A stretch of 55,327 bases of DNA, from positions 1-55,327 of the forward strand of contig ADNK01001270.1 of NCBI GenBank assembly GCA_000320545.1, given 5' to 3'. The stretch comes from Bigelowiella natans CCMP2755. Lineage: Eukaryota; Protista; Cercozoa. The notes below the pieces were generated by a model. The model saw nothing but the letters and a program-made list of their open reading frames with translations, ran no database searches and was not told where the DNA came from. Position 1 is the first letter of the stretch; each line of letters opens with the position of its first letter. The position numbers were made by a program, and so were the translations under genes. Below are positions 25,663 to 39,561 of the stretch, in pieces.

Positions 25663-25768
25663 ATAGCGGACGGGTGCAAATTCTGCGACAAGCTGCGCTC
25701 GGACTGCTCCCAGCATGTGGGGTGGGAGTCTCTTTGGGATGCGGAGATCTCGCAGCAGTGGTCAGTAC

Positions 25769-25801
<33 letters not shown>

Positions 25802-26336
25802 TGCCATCTCGTCATCGTCATCGTGCCGCTGCCTGTGTTTCTTTCTATTGATTCCTCCTCCTCCTCCCCCTCCTCCTCCTCCTCCTCCTCCTCCTCCTTC
25901 TCCTCACTGCCTCGACCTATCGAGATGACAATTAAGCCCAAATCCCTAACTGTGTTAGCAGCGAACAAGCTTGGTGATGACGATGATCGGCGTGTGCCGT
26001 GTCTGTCACTTACACATCCCCTCTCCTACCCCCCAATCCCAGGTTCTTCCACAGCAAAAGGCTCGAGCTAGTAAAGGAGGAAATCGAATCTGTCGAGGTA
26101 CTCCAAAACCACAAGAGTAAATAGCACAGAAACAGATCAGTATTCAGTGCTTGTGAAGCAACGGACAAAGAACGATACAGATGGTTTATTGCTCATTGCT
26201 ACTGTGTCCCCCCCCCCCCCCCTCCTGCCCCTTCCAGAGTGCTCGTTCTGAAAGGAGACGTGAGATTGAATTCGCAAAGCGTAAAACGGAGAACAACGAA
26301 ATCAATGTAGGGAACGGCAGCATGAGAAATAATGGC

Positions 26337-26368
<32 letters not shown>

Positions 26369-26932
26369 GCAGCACCAGGCACTACAGCAGCAGCAGCACC
26401 AGGCAGCACTCCACCAACACCAGCAACTGCCGCCACCGGGACCAAGAGGGATGGAACGCGACGTCATTATGGAGGGGCCCCATTCCATCGTTCGGCAGCC
26501 TCCTAGTCCGTAGATTTTTTTAAAATTGGGTTCGGAGCGAGTGGGGGGGGGGGGGAGCAGCGAGTGTTTTTCGTCGCTGGTACATTTGTTGTTGATTGAT
26601 ATGCATCTAATCCAGACATCGACATGAAGATGAAGCAACAGCTATCTCTCCACGAGGGAATAAGAAGACCACCTCCAATGCAGAATGGCGGCATGGGTGG
26701 GGCCGATAGGTTGAGGGGGAGGATGGGTGCGCAAGCTGGAGCTTACGGAGGCCCCGGTAGTAAATTGACTTCGATGATAATGATGAGGATGAGGATGAGG
26801 ATGATATCGTTGATGGTGATGATGTCGTGATTAGTTGCTGCTGAGTTGTGATTGATATCTTCTCATGATCGTCCTCTCACCCTCCCCTCCCCCTCCATAG
26901 ATACCAAGCCAATGTTCATGGGCGGTCAGTGA
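21586..26932 (+). CDS. PHD-finger COMPASS subunit CFP1/Spp1-like, multi-exon
   Basis: PHD finger FCICQQPYDSRRFMIG|CDHCNGWFHARCV..|FICPPC. Later CIKC..KHLVEC, ICGCPL and FCDKLRSDCSQHVGWE resemble the CXXC1/Spp1 C-terminus. Confidence 0.78.
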
Positions 26933-27519
26933 AGTTGGTAGTACTACTTGACTTCGGAGCCAGGAAGGAAGAAGGACCATTGGGCAGATAGCTGCAGCTT
27001 TGTTTCGGGGCGTTGAATCCTGCGGCACAGCAGAGGCAGGCAGTGTAACAACGGATACATAGTATTCTATCTCCGTCTCAATAATCTTATACCGAGGAAG
27101 CGAGATTGCGGAGAGAAGCGAAGTTGTATGCGGAGAGTAGCGGTGATCACACCATTTGATTCGCGTATGCACACCATGATGCAAGAAATGTACAGGTAAT
27201 TGAAAATATATCGATCTGCACACAATCATGACACTAGAATACCATTCCGGATTGCAAGCAAAAAACATGCAGCCTAGCTTGCTACTGCAGTCAACCGCTA
27301 TTAAAAATCAGGCTCATGTGTGCAATGCATTGCAAGGCATCGCGTGCATTGAAGCGTCGGGTGCGGTGTGCGCGTAGTGAGACAATGGAAGCAAGGTAGC
27401 AGACAGCTGTGTTCAGCAGGTTGAACTGTGATGACATCATGTGAGGGCTTGGCCGCCCTCTGACACTGGTGAGGGCTGTCATGAGTCATGAGTCATGAAG
27501 ACATGCGCTGCGTTTCTAG

Positions 27520-27790
27520 CTCGCGACAAGACTTTGTTCATTCACGCTGCCAGGGGAAGCCGCCTTGGCAAATCTGAACATTCTGCGTCCATCGCAGGCT
27601 GCTGCAGGTTCAGAACGCAAAAGCCTTTGCGAGAATGATGCCTTTTTTGGCGTGGATCCTCTTTGACGCGCAAGGCTGCTTCATCTGCATCGCACAACCA
27701 TCCAATGCGCAACACAACCTCGCTAGCTCGCATGGCGTTCCCACACGAACCAATTCTAGCAATGCCAGCAACGCTCAGTTCCACTTTTCC
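27520..27790 (-). pseudogene. PIF/Harbinger (DDE_Tnp_4, HARBI1-like) transposase relic, frameshifted and TpA-eroded
   Basis: Read across frameshifts: GCV.ALDG[C]A[M]Q[M]KQP ... KR[H][H]SRKGF[C]VLNLQ/AACDGRRMFRFAKAASPGSVNE. This matches the Harbinger consensus GCVGAIDG..I.I..P..YYNRKG.YS.N.QAVCD....F......PGS.HD. Confidence 0.85.
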
Positions 27791-28327
27791 AAAGAATCAT
27801 GCTGACCCCGATGGTCGGCATGCAACATTGCAAAAATCTTCACTGTTCAAACGCGTCGACAACTGACAAGCACAGTCAAGTCACAGCACATGATCACAGT
27901 GAATCTACAAACATCGCCAACATCACCATCGCGCGTGTCGTACAATGGATATGTGCCGGTACGTAGTCAATGTGCAGCTGCACATTTAGCAGGCTGCTAC
28001 GCTGCAGCAGGCATCGTATCGTAATGCAGCATACACTACTAGACTAACCGGTCATGATTCAGCACATCTAGGCGACAAGATACACATGCAGCTTTCTTTT
28101 GTCCTGCAAGTTCAAGCACTCTCAAGTCCAGCATATCTAGATGTATAAAGTTGCATAGGCACTACATGCATCGCAGGGCAAAGGTAGCAAAATGCACCGT
28201 CGGGCAGCAGAAAGTACGATGTGTGAACTCTGTCGAACCTACTCACCGAGAATAGCGTCGATCCATCATCAGCGCTCATTCTGTGCCGTACCACCACCAA
28301 AAGAAAGGGAGAGCTTCCTACCTCTGC

Positions 28328-30575
28328 CTATGATTTCCTCTTGGAGGATGGCACGGCCTTCTTCTGCCTCTTCAAATCCCCCATGCTCCCATAGCCTCCC
28401 TTTTTCTTCTCCTTCTCTTTCTTCTCCAGCTCCACCTTCTTCCTCTTGACGGCGGCTGGGGTGCTATCTCTGAGGTGGATAGTGATGTAGATCGAGAAGG
28501 CAATGCCGACGATGGCGACAACGCCGAGCTGGGTGGTATTGATCAAGTCAAAATTCTCGTTTGGAACGCCGTACTCCCGCACTGGATACTGGAGGAGGCA
28601 CGCAGCCCCGGCCACGAACAGAATGAGTCCTGACAGCACCCCAAAGGACGAGTAGCCGAACTCCTTGGCCACGAGGGAGAAGAAGGTAGCAAACACAAAA
28701 GTCCGGAAGAGTGAGTAGAAGATGAACGTCAGCAGCTGTAGCGATAGGTCTTGGATCAGGCAAGTGACCGAGAAAGCGATGCCGAAGAGTGTGCTCATGA
28801 TGACCGCGATCGGTAGGCCGAGTCGGTCCGTAGCCCATCCATAGACAGGGATCGCCAACGCGCCCAGGGGCAGAATGGTGGTGAAAATGGTCGTGTAGTG
28901 GTGCGCGTTGACTTGCTCGCCGTCCGCCTGCTGGAACATCTGGTCCGCGACATTTCCGATGTAGAAGTTGAGGAAGAAGAGGTTGGTGGACATCCAGACG
29001 CAGAGGCAGAAGAACGGCACTGACAGCAGCTGTTTCCACAGCAGCGGCTTCATACGCTTGATTTGCCTCCTGACAGTAGGAGTAGATATGGAGGCCATCT
29101 GCAAGATATCCGAATCCACACGGTACAGCTCTCGCGCCGCCCGCCCGTAGTTGGGCGGGGTGAAGGCGGGGGGGAGACCCTGCTGCGTGTTGCGGAAGGG
29201 TGAAGCCTCAGGCGAATCAATAGGATTCCCCAGATTTGGAGCAGCCATGAACTGCGGCAGTCGCTTCTTCGAGGGGTCTGCGTACTGGTTGATGCGTAGG
29301 AAGGACGGTGAGTTGCTAAGCGTCATGGTAGGCTTCATGTGCCCGGGCTGCGAGGCCTCCCGTTCGTCGTCGGAGTCGACCTCCCTCGGTGCTGTGAGGG
29401 AGCGCTCCGGCCAAAACGCCAGGCCGAGCAGCATGATCACGAACAACATCCCCGCGTAGACCATGCAGATGACGAAGCGACTCGTGAAGGTCGTCAGGGT
29501 GTTGAAGACCATGAAAACCATGAACCCGAGCTGGAACACGCCAGAGAACAGCGACAGAACGCTGTTCTTCGCCGTTGGAAATAAGTTGCTCAGGTGAAAA
29601 AGGGCCACAGACGCGCCAGGCCCGCCGACAGCGATGCACACCATCGCATAGGGTAGCACATCGAACTGGTTATCCGTTATGCCCAAGAGGATGATCCCGA
29701 TAAACACGGTCGCAACAGAAAGAAACGAGCAAACACGAGGTCCTTTCTGGTCCAAGATCCACCCCCACAACAGCTGAGCTGCCAAGTTTGCACACCCGCC
29801 AATCGTGTAGATGAAGCCGAGCTACCATAGTGAAAAGCACGATCAAACGCACGCAGGCACGCACGCACGAGCGCACACACCCCCCACAAAAAAGAAAGAA
29901 AGAGAGGGAGAGAGGGGGGGGGGGGGGGGAGAGAGAGAGAGAGAGATACAGGATTGCATAGAAGTCATGATATATGCTCTGAATATAGCAAATTAACATA
30001 TAATGAGGCAAGTATTACATCCAGCGTTTGTCTCGTGCAGACCTTCTTTGGGTTTGGACACCTGTGGAAGGAAAGAACGGGGGGGGATTATTCCAAATTC
30101 GCTCCTTATTCGATGATTGCTGGATTGTCGAACCTATTGCTGTATATCCCCTCCTCCAAGAGCATTGTGTAAAGTGAAGGCCAGCCATAAAAAATACCTG
30201 GAAATGATGTAAAATTACAGCCATCGAATATTGATTAGCCAATGCTTTTGTAAGTTTCTCTTTGTGGGAACATGCGGTGTGTAACAACGCATTTCTAATT
30301 GAGGTCGTGATTAGAAAGAAAAGCACAAAGGAGCGGGAAGATCATTTAACCTGCTGCTAGTAGGCACTGCATCATCGCAAGGACGATGAGAGCATGTCTC
30401 ACCCTAAGCATTTTAAATGATTAGACAAACAGCCTTGAATGCCAATCCATCATACGATTAGGACAGGTCACTTTTACGCACCTGAAGTATTTCTCGTCAC
30501 GGCGGGCATTAATAATGATATCCTCCCCTATGACGGAGCGCACATCAATCTTGTCGTCGCCGGATATCTTCTATT
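28328..30575 (-). CDS. MFS amino-acid transporter, SLC43/LAT3-FMP42-like (5' end uncertain)
   Basis: Spliced N-terminus GIFYGWPSLYTMLLEEGIYSNR|C..C.RQ..L followed by a 485-aa multi-TM ORF (GWILDQKGPR; GWATDRLG; FGYSSFGVLSG). Confidence 0.85.
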
Positions 30576-31369
30576 AAGATTCTCGCTTCAACGGCGCGAG
30601 GTGACCGATCGTTTCGGGGGTAAAATGGGGGGGAGGAGGTCTGGGATCAGTCGCTGTGTTTGTTGCACAGAGGGATGATAGATAGGCAGGAGGAGAAAAG
30701 AGCGCGGAGTTGGTAGGGGATGGTCCGTGGATCAGCTCCCTCGTTCAATCAATCTGCCCCCCGCGGTTCCGCCTGCAATGTGTAAATCTAGACGTGCTGG
30801 GGGGTATCAAAGAGTCACGGGAAAACGGGGAATTCTGACAAATCCCGGTATTCTTGATAATATCGCGCCAAAAGTTGCGGGGGTTTAGGGGGATCCCCCG
30901 ACAAATCTCCGCTTCGGCTTTAAGGAAGGAAACCCTCGGCGTTTTGTGGAGGCGTGCTCTGTCTCTCTTTCTCTTTTCTCTTGGGAGCCGACGAGAAGAA
31001 GCAGACGCAGGGGGAAAAACGGAGGACAAATTTATGGAAATTGGCGGGGGAATCCCCATTACATCTCCGAAAGCAGGTAAGCACAAGGGCCGGGTTTGCC
31101 CCCTGAGAACCAAGCTACGACAGACTAGCGGACGCGGTTGGTTAATGGAACGGAATCGTGCAATTGGAGGCTAGGATATAGGCCTTTTTTTTTACGAAGT
31201 ATTTAGGCCAGTGAGTCATTTTCTCGACAGTTCCTCGACCGATGCGTTGGGTGATTTAGGTGGACAACCAGATCTATGACTGTTTATCATGGAAATTAAA
31301 TGAATAATTTTGTTCTTAACGTCCTTCTGATGCACAAGGTCAACTCAACTCGCAGCAGCTGATTATGTG

Positions 31370-32296
31370 ATGCATGCAGGCACCTCTAGCACCGCCTCCC
31401 GGAGTGCAGAGGGACCCCGCAGCGGAACATCAAGTGGGAATACAAGAGAGCAGGAAATTCTAAGGAGGGCGCTTGCGTCCTCGTTCCATCGAGCCCTTTC
31501 CCAAGGCCATCTGAACGTAGTTCGGTACCTCGTTGAAAACACCGAGGTTGACATCAATGCCAGGATCAACGGAGAGACAGCCCTTTACAAGGCGGTGGTG
31601 CAGCACCAGCTAAAAATTGTAAAGTATCTCGTCGAAAAAAGGGCAGATGTCCTCGATGAAATGAATCGCCGTCGAGTAAACCCCCCCCTGCATATGCTCT
31701 GCACCTCCTCCACGTCCTCCTCGCTCGACATGATCCGATTCCTGGTGGAACGACCAGGAATAGACATAGACAGTGCAAACGAATTGGGGGAGACAGCTCT
31801 GTACATAGCAGCAAAAAACGGAAATCCTGATGTTGTCAAGTGCCTGATTGATAGCGGAGCTTACGTGGACTCAAGAAGAAACGCAGCCGATTCAAAGGAC
31901 GGTTGGTCTCCCCTGCATATCGCGGTCGGAAACTTGTACTTTCCTGTTGTCCGCCTCCTTGTAGAGCACGGAAAGTGCAATGTGGGAGCTAGGGATGCGA
32001 AAGGTGAGAACGTGCTGACGTTAGTCAACCACATCAAAGAGGAGCATGTCAATGGGTCTTGGTACGAGGTTTACACGGCAAGGAAGATTCATGATATGGA
32101 AGCATTCCTTTTAGTGCATTTGCGAAAATTGGTGCTGCTGCGGGACCTCGGGGGTATAGCAATGCTGCATCCCGACATAGAAAAAGCTCTTCAGGGTGGA
32201 CAAGAGGCAGCCCCTTGCAACGATCATCACTCCACCAGCAGCGGAAGTAGCAGTGGAAGCAGTAGTGGCAGCGACGACGAGGAAGATTTCATATGA
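31370..32296 (+). CDS. Ankyrin-repeat protein
   Basis: Repeated GETALY.A / PLH.A...G...VV..L motifs, with an acidic/Ser-rich tail. Confidence 0.9.
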   Translation: MHAGTSSTASRSAEGPRSGTSSGNTREQEILRRALASSFHRALSQGHLNVVRYLVENTEVDINARINGETALYKAVVQHQLKIVKYLVEKRADVLDEMNRRRVNPPLHMLCTSSTSSSLDMIRFLVERPGIDIDSANELGETALYIAAKNGNPDVVKCLIDSGAYVDSRRNAADSKDGWSPLHIAVGNLYFPVVRLLVEHGKCNVGARDAKGENVLTLVNHIKEEHVNGSWYEVYTARKIHDMEAFLLVHLRKLVLLRDLGGIAMLHPDIEKALQGGQEAAPCNDHHSTSSGSSSGSSSGSDDEEDFI

Positions 32297-32705
32297 CGCA
32301 GCGATGAGATTCATGTTGCATGAAGTATCTAGAATTTTCGCAGTTGTATTATGGCGTGTGAGTTGTTCACATTTTCAGGGATGGCATTCATTTGTTTGGC
32401 ACGGCTCTGTCTATCTTGTGCCATGCACTAGCTATGGACTATGGAATGCTGCTACTCGCATGTGTTATTGCAACACCAGAGCAAGTGCATTAGTAACATA
32501 CGTTACGTTGGTACGTGCTTGTATTAGCTAGCCACAGAGCAAGGGAATGCGCCACGTTGCCATGCACGCACGCTCGCGTTCTCAGCAAGGCATCACATTG
32601 CACACTTTACAGTACACTGCGTGCATGTACTAATTGTATATGTGCATGGCATGCCTTCATCTTTTCTCTCTACACCATGCATGTGCACATATTAGCGTGA
32701 TTTCA

Positions 32706-34728
32706 TTATTCAATAGCGGCGGTGGTCGTCACAGTAGCACGTTCCTGGTTTTCACTTCTCTTGCGTCGGGGCCCTCGCCGCCGGCGCCGCCCCCCACCAC
32801 TGCTACGAGGAGATGATGAATCTGCCGTTGGAACCTCTGTTTTCGATGGCAAAGATGTGGTGTTTCTCCGTTGTTCGTGCCCTTCAAAAGTGGCGGAGAT
32901 AGTTTTGAGCAGACGCCGAGGGGGATTTGCGGTCGGAATAAACCTGTTCCAAGTAGAATTCGAATAGGAGATCAGGCAGAAGGACTTTGCCGAGTAGGAA
33001 GGGGGGGGAGGAGAAGGGCACCTTTGGAGCGCCGCAAATTGCGTCCTTAAAATCTTTTTGTTGGGGGTCTGGTGCCTGTCTTCACCGTTTGTGGAAGGAC
33101 ACTTTTGAATCGTCGAGGAGTTCGTAATGAAGTGGAGCCTTTCATCAAAGTGATACACTAACAGGGAGAGGACAATGGCCTGCAACGATGGTTTGGTATT
33201 GAAATTCGAGATGTTTTATCTTCCATCACCCTCTCGTTACGCGATGATCGTCATCAAGCCTGACATGAACAACCCATGTGCCCCCCCTCCCCAGTACACT
33301 GCATTCATATCATTACCATCACATTAGCTCTAGCATTATCACTCACCACTGCTGCCTCTTCGTTGGATTGGGTGCTATGCACGATGCAACGAACAGGGGG
33401 TGGCATTCTGGCCTCGCTCTCCCTCATCACACCCATTGCTTCTTCCATGCATTTTCGGTACAACGCTGAATCAAGAAGGTGCAGGCCATCAGACAGAGGG
33501 TCAGAGAGAGGGGTAGAGTATAAGTAGAGAGATGGGGTGGTAAATAGCAACCAAGGGCTGTCGGGAACACAGTGCGTGTCCAGTAACTCCTATTAAATCC
33601 CTGTTTCGTGTGGAAACATCATTTAAAAATAATCCAAAGCCCAAGAAAAATGGCGCCGAGTGCCGTCGTCTCAAACAATGGCAGGGCAGGCGATTCAAAA
33701 GAAGCACGGGCAGCAGATATACGTTCCATGGCGGCAAACAGGTCTCTCTTTCTGGTACCGTGCTACTACTACCTGCTTACGATAGCTGCATCCAGGTATT
33801 GCCAACCGATGATGACGCTGCTCTTCCAATGGCATTAGCGTCGGGACGTAGCAATCGATGAGAACCGACACATTGCTACAGAGCAGAGGTGATAACAATG
33901 ATGATCGGTTCCGAGTCGCTGTCGCCCCTCCTTCCATTTCTTCTGGCGCCGCCTCGAAGGGACTGATACGCACACCGAGCTGCGTGTCACCTAGTTAAGA
34001 ACGAGCAAGTTGTCTGGTGTTCTTCATCATCAAGAAGCAGGGAATAGTCGTCACAGGAATAATACGCATTTCACCTTGGAGAGCATGTCGGCAAAATGTA
34101 TTAGTATTGGCGAAAGTGTGTTGGCAGATCGACAATGTAAATGGTATATATGGTGTGTGCTCTGCCACATTTGTACTTTCTCTTCTTCTCATTTTTCTTC
34201 TTATTATCTTTCTTCTTCTTCTTGTGCTTCATAATTCTATAGCTATCGTTACTGTCACTACCGATCCAGACGGTCTTGCTGCCGCTACCCCCCTCTCCCC
34301 GGTTCTCGCCAACTTTCAGGGTGACATCAAGAAAGAAGGGGGCAGCAATAGGTTAATGATGGCGATGATAGATAACGTTGGGAACTGCCGCAGAGTGAAT
34401 AAACAGCCCCCCTTCTATTTCTCCTCTGCTCATTGAATATATCCCTCGAATTCTTCCCGTTTACTTAAAGTTAGCACCCTCGTAAATCTGCTTGTTTTGG
34501 GAGTTTCCCGGAGTTTCATAAGGCGCTCAGAGCCCTCCCTACCCCCCGCTCTAGTATCTCTCCTATGTATGTGCGCACCGCTGAGGAGGTGATGTTGCCC
34601 AGTCTTCGAGGTCCCAGACAGCTTTATAACCTATGGGCATGCATGGAGAAGATTGATTTGCGCTCCCCCCCCCCTCTCTCTCTCTCTCTCTTTCGCTTCC
34701 CCTCTCACTTAATTCGTTCATGCATACG

Positions 34729-34797
<69 letters not shown>

Positions 34798-34873
34798 TTT
34801 TCCGCATTAGTAGCACTATTTTTACGAATTTTGATCTTGCGCGTTGCGTAGGTACCACCAGGTTATAAGTGGC

Positions 34874-34911
<38 letters not shown>

Positions 34912-35742
34912 GGATATTGATGATCACTATCAAAATATTGCTCGATGCGATTCGCAGCTGGAATATATATGTGACCTCATCTTGGAGACGGTATGGATCA
35001 TCTTCCGAAAGCAGCTTCTACGAACATCAACATCAGGCTGTGAGGCAGGCACTCTAAATGAATGCATGTCACTGGCTACATCTCGATCGTCGTGACGCGG
35101 ATACCTCACGATGTCGCCAGTACACCTGGGGCCGGAGACCCAACGCCCAATTCTAGTGAAAAGCGAAGATGGAAGAGAAGAAGAAGAAGAAGAAGAAGAA
35201 GAAGAAGAAGAAGAAGAAGAAGAAGAAGAAAGAGAAGGTGGAGGAGAAGGAGGAGGATGGAGAAGCGAATAGGCCGTTATATGAGAACAGTAAAGCATTA
35301 AACGTTTGATTTTCCTGAAAATTGGGGAACTGCACGATCGCGCACACCGCGATGTGTCCACACATAAACACGCGTACACAAAACCTCTTCATCGTCTCCC
35401 GCGCCCTGGATGTAGGACCACGCGTAGCTGCTATTACCGTCACTACCGGTGCTTGTATCAGGCAGCAATCTGTAGTGGGGAGGGAGTTGCGAGAAAGTGA
35501 TATATGCAGAACCCAACTTTAATGATAGCGCTTCGTCCTCCTCCTCCGACATGCATTTTGCAATGTCGCAGCAGGAGACGAATTTGCTGTATTCAGTCCG
35601 TGTGTTCCTTCCAACAGTGCTGAACACTTAGCGATTGATTACTACTACTGTGAACTACCTGTTCTTCCAGGAGGAGACGGAAACCAGAAACACTGTGCTT
35701 ACGTTTTCTCGCCGCTTCTATACACACATACAGCATTAGTGT

Positions 35743-35780
<38 letters not shown>

Positions 35781-36219
35781 ATTGTGTGCGTGTGTGTGTA
35801 CGTGTGTGTAATATGATATGTGTGTATGTGTGCTATGACAACTGATGCACTAATCATGAATCTTGTCGCGCCATGCCGCATTCCCACTTGCTTCTTATAT
35901 GTATTAGACGAGCTCCTTTCTCTTCATTTTTCCTCTTCATTTTTGTTTGATTGTGCAATGCATAAATCGTGCATTCTGTCAGATATGCGGCTGCGCCGAA
36001 AGCAATGAGGAAGCTTCCTCCATCACAGCTATCGCTATATCGCAAGAGAAGAGCATCAATACTCTCATTGAATACGCGCACACACCATCATTGAGAGCGG
36101 CGTTTGCGGAGAGATGAGCACGGGAAGAAGCGGTCTGGTTAATAAAACCCATAAGAACAAGATGACGGTGATCACATAAAATGAAGCTGATAGTTTTGTG
36201 ACTTATTGTGATTCCCCCC

Positions 36220-36267
<48 letters not shown>

Positions 36268-37541
36268 ATTTGTGTGAGCGCGCGCGTGTGTGGCGTGTGT
36301 GTGTGTGTGATGTGTGGACATTCGTCGCGTCCTTTAGCAGTAGATAATGACCTTCTTACAGCCTGCTTCAGAGACGCTGCTGGAATCTGCAGAGACTTCA
36401 ATATGCTATCAAATGACACACACACATATCGTAACAGATGACGATTAGCGATGGGCTCAGATACGTGCGTGCAAAAAAATATCCGAAAGATAGGCCGGCC
36501 TGAGGCCGAGGTGGAGGAGTTGTGCTTGGAGAGAAGGTTACTTAATACCGAACGAACTCTGGGATTTTCTGGTTGATGATAATGGATCTCTCCGTCTCAT
36601 TGATGAAGGCAGGTAGTACCACGGGGAAGCTACAGGTTTATGAGCGCAATCATGTTAATGCGTCGTGGTGACAACGAGCAATAATAACTCGGTAAATGGT
36701 AATTGTGTGGCTTGTTTAGATGCACTAAAAATACAATTTCGCTCAAGAATTTCGCGGCGCATTTCACCACAATGTATATCATGTGACAACAACAACAGCA
36801 TCGTCATCATCATCATCATCAACAACAACAACAACAGACGAAGAGGACAGCAGAGACATCTATGACTTCGGATCGATGACTGCCCTGTTAAGAACCGCGC
36901 ACCATATCGGTACGGTGCGAGAAAACGCGTCAGGGAATTCCTAGCAACAACAACAACAACAACAATTACACAGCAATATGGAACGAACGCGAGCTTAACG
37001 GAGATAGCAGACAAATAAGAAAAGAAGGAGAGAGGGTAAGAGAGAGAAAGAGAGAGATAGAGAGATAGAGAGAGGGAGAGCAAGGCGGGAAGTTAGCAAC
37101 GCTGCTGAGAAGGACGGAGAATGCTCACACACAAGTAGCACTAGCTAACACACACACACACACACACACACCCTTGAACGTGAGCTATCCGCGATGACAA
37201 TTCCACCTGCATGCATGCACACAGCAGCAGTAGCAGCAGCAGCAACAACAACAAGAAGAAGAAGAACAACGGATAATAAAGGGGAATAGAGGGAAGGAGC
37301 GATGATACTCCGACAAGAAGGCGGCCATTTGGTAACGAAGGCAAATAACAGGCAGCAGCATAGCAAAAAAACCAACAGATGTTCTGCCTCGAGTGCCATT
37401 GTACTATCACTAGTTTACGACCGTGCTCCGAGGCAGCAGCAGCGACATGGAGATTGAGCCGCGTCGTCGAGAAAGCCCATTTCCCTGGATGGCTTCGTGA
37501 ATAGGTAGACAAACAAACAAACGGATCGATAAGTATAATGG

Positions 37542-37578
<37 letters not shown>

Positions 37579-38308
37579 CTCGTTGTTACAATTGTTGTTG
37601 ATGTTGTTGCTGCCAGCTGCAAGTGTCGATTAAAGTCATAACTATGGTAAGCTAATAAAAGCTAATAATAATTACAACAAGAAGACTATTATTACTACTA
37701 CTTACTACTACTACTACTACTACTACTACTACCCATCAGTCGACTTGAAGTAACAAGTTCCATTGAAATCGCTGCTATACCTTTTGGGAAAACAACAACA
37801 GCAGCAACAACAACTACAATATTAACACAACACTCGCTCACACACTCACACGCATAGACCCCCTTCCTGCTTTCTATTTTTATATTTATATCCTGCAGGG
37901 TGGGGGAAAGGGGGGGGGGGGGCGAGAGGTATTTTTCCGGAGGCAAAGTGCTATAACAAAGGGGAGGAGGAAGATGATCTAAAGACGATTGACGCTGCTA
38001 CTACCATAGGCCATTTCTCAAGTTCGCAAAGAGGGGCAGCAGAAGTCCTGTCGTTTCTAGAAAATATACGTGAAATAGCGACGTTAGCTGCTCAGAACCT
38101 GCATTTGTGTATATCTGTGAAAGCGCATACATATTAAGAAGCTTCAATGAATACTGATCGCATCACATCATCACATCATTATAGCCACGTACGCGCCATG
38201 ATGTCATAGGTGCTGCGAAGGAACTTGCTGTCGTGGTTGATAGACCGGAGATAGTTGGCGACCAACCGTCTGGATTTTATGAAAGGCCATCTGAGAATCT
38301 CTGTCAAT

Positions 38309-38363
<55 letters not shown>

Positions 38364-38913
38364 CCTCTCTCAACCGATTACTCAATCTGGTGGGGTCAAA
38401 AGTAAAATAGTGTGTTCATTGACCACCTTTGGTGTCGTGCAAGCTTCTGGCGCACTTTCAGGAGTTGAAAGGTCGATGTGGAGTTTGAGTTGGGGGGCGG
38501 GGGATGGTCTAGATGGCGGCTTTGTTGGGAAGAAGCTCTCGAATCAGGTACCACTCCCTCTTGCACAGCTAAAACCTTCTGAACATAAAATTCCGAATTA
38601 ATTTTCGAATCAATTAATGATAATAAGCGTGGCTGCTTTAGGCACAAAGTGTTTGTTGCATCAACGGTTATCTCTCGATTCGTCTCTGCCGCCGAGATTG
38701 GCTTGGATAGAAACAACCGTTCCCAACCCAATGACTAACCTCTATGATTTTAAGCCTTTCGAACTCGGCCCTCAGAGCTTCTGCCTCTCCCCTCCTCGAT
38801 GTGTCGCTGTTCCTTATCAGACGAAGCCGCGATGACGTCCATCGCCAATGTCTTTCTAGCACCGTCGCTATGAGGAAAGCAACCGCAAATATACGAGGGA
38901 CCGTATACCTCAT
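32706..38913 (-). CDS. RIT1: tRNA A64-2'-O-ribosylphosphate transferase Rit1-like, multi-exon
   Basis: Exons give NYLRSINHDSKF, LFANLRNGLW, GKWAFSTTRLNLH, GIVIADSSR, PDAFSRTVPIWCAVLNRA and C-terminal ANPPRRLLK. The start at 38913 is tentative. Confidence 0.85.
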
Positions 38914-39561
38914 CTTTGATCATGGGAAGATCTCCTGAATCGACAGATTTGTGGAGCCATTGCGGCTTCGGGGGGGTCGGGTGAACACATGAATGAGATG
39001 CTTCGGGTAATTATTTCCGATTCCCAATGGGCCGAATTTAGGATAAATATATAAGATATTCTGCATATAAAATCCCCCAGAATTCCTCCTGAGTGCACTC
39101 TTCTCTGATGGAATCGGAAGTCGATATGTCGTCGATTGTAACGATGCTACAGAAGTTTTAATGGTATAAAAAGAATTATGTTGGAAACAGAAACAACAAC
39201 CCCAGAACAATAGTAACAACAAGCTGTCCACGCAGCCGCTGCCTCTCTGCCCACATCGTGCTGGTGTCCCCCCCCCCCCCTTTCCCTGCTATTTTTATCA
39301 TATTTTTTTTCATTTTTGATGGAATCATCTCCCCTATACTTCCCCTTACTTTGCTGATAGTCGAGGGGGTGGAGGGGAGGGGGTGTTGACCGTCGTACAA
39401 GCAATGGAGTCCTGAATCGAATTTTAAAAGACGAGTGGTTTTGAGACGTTTAGTCGTTACAGAAACTTAAAGAAGCCGCAAAAGCCACTTCCACCCATCG
39501 CTAGATCTAATCTAGCCTTATCAATAACATAGATCAGCCTCAAGTCGTCAACAAAAAGATT

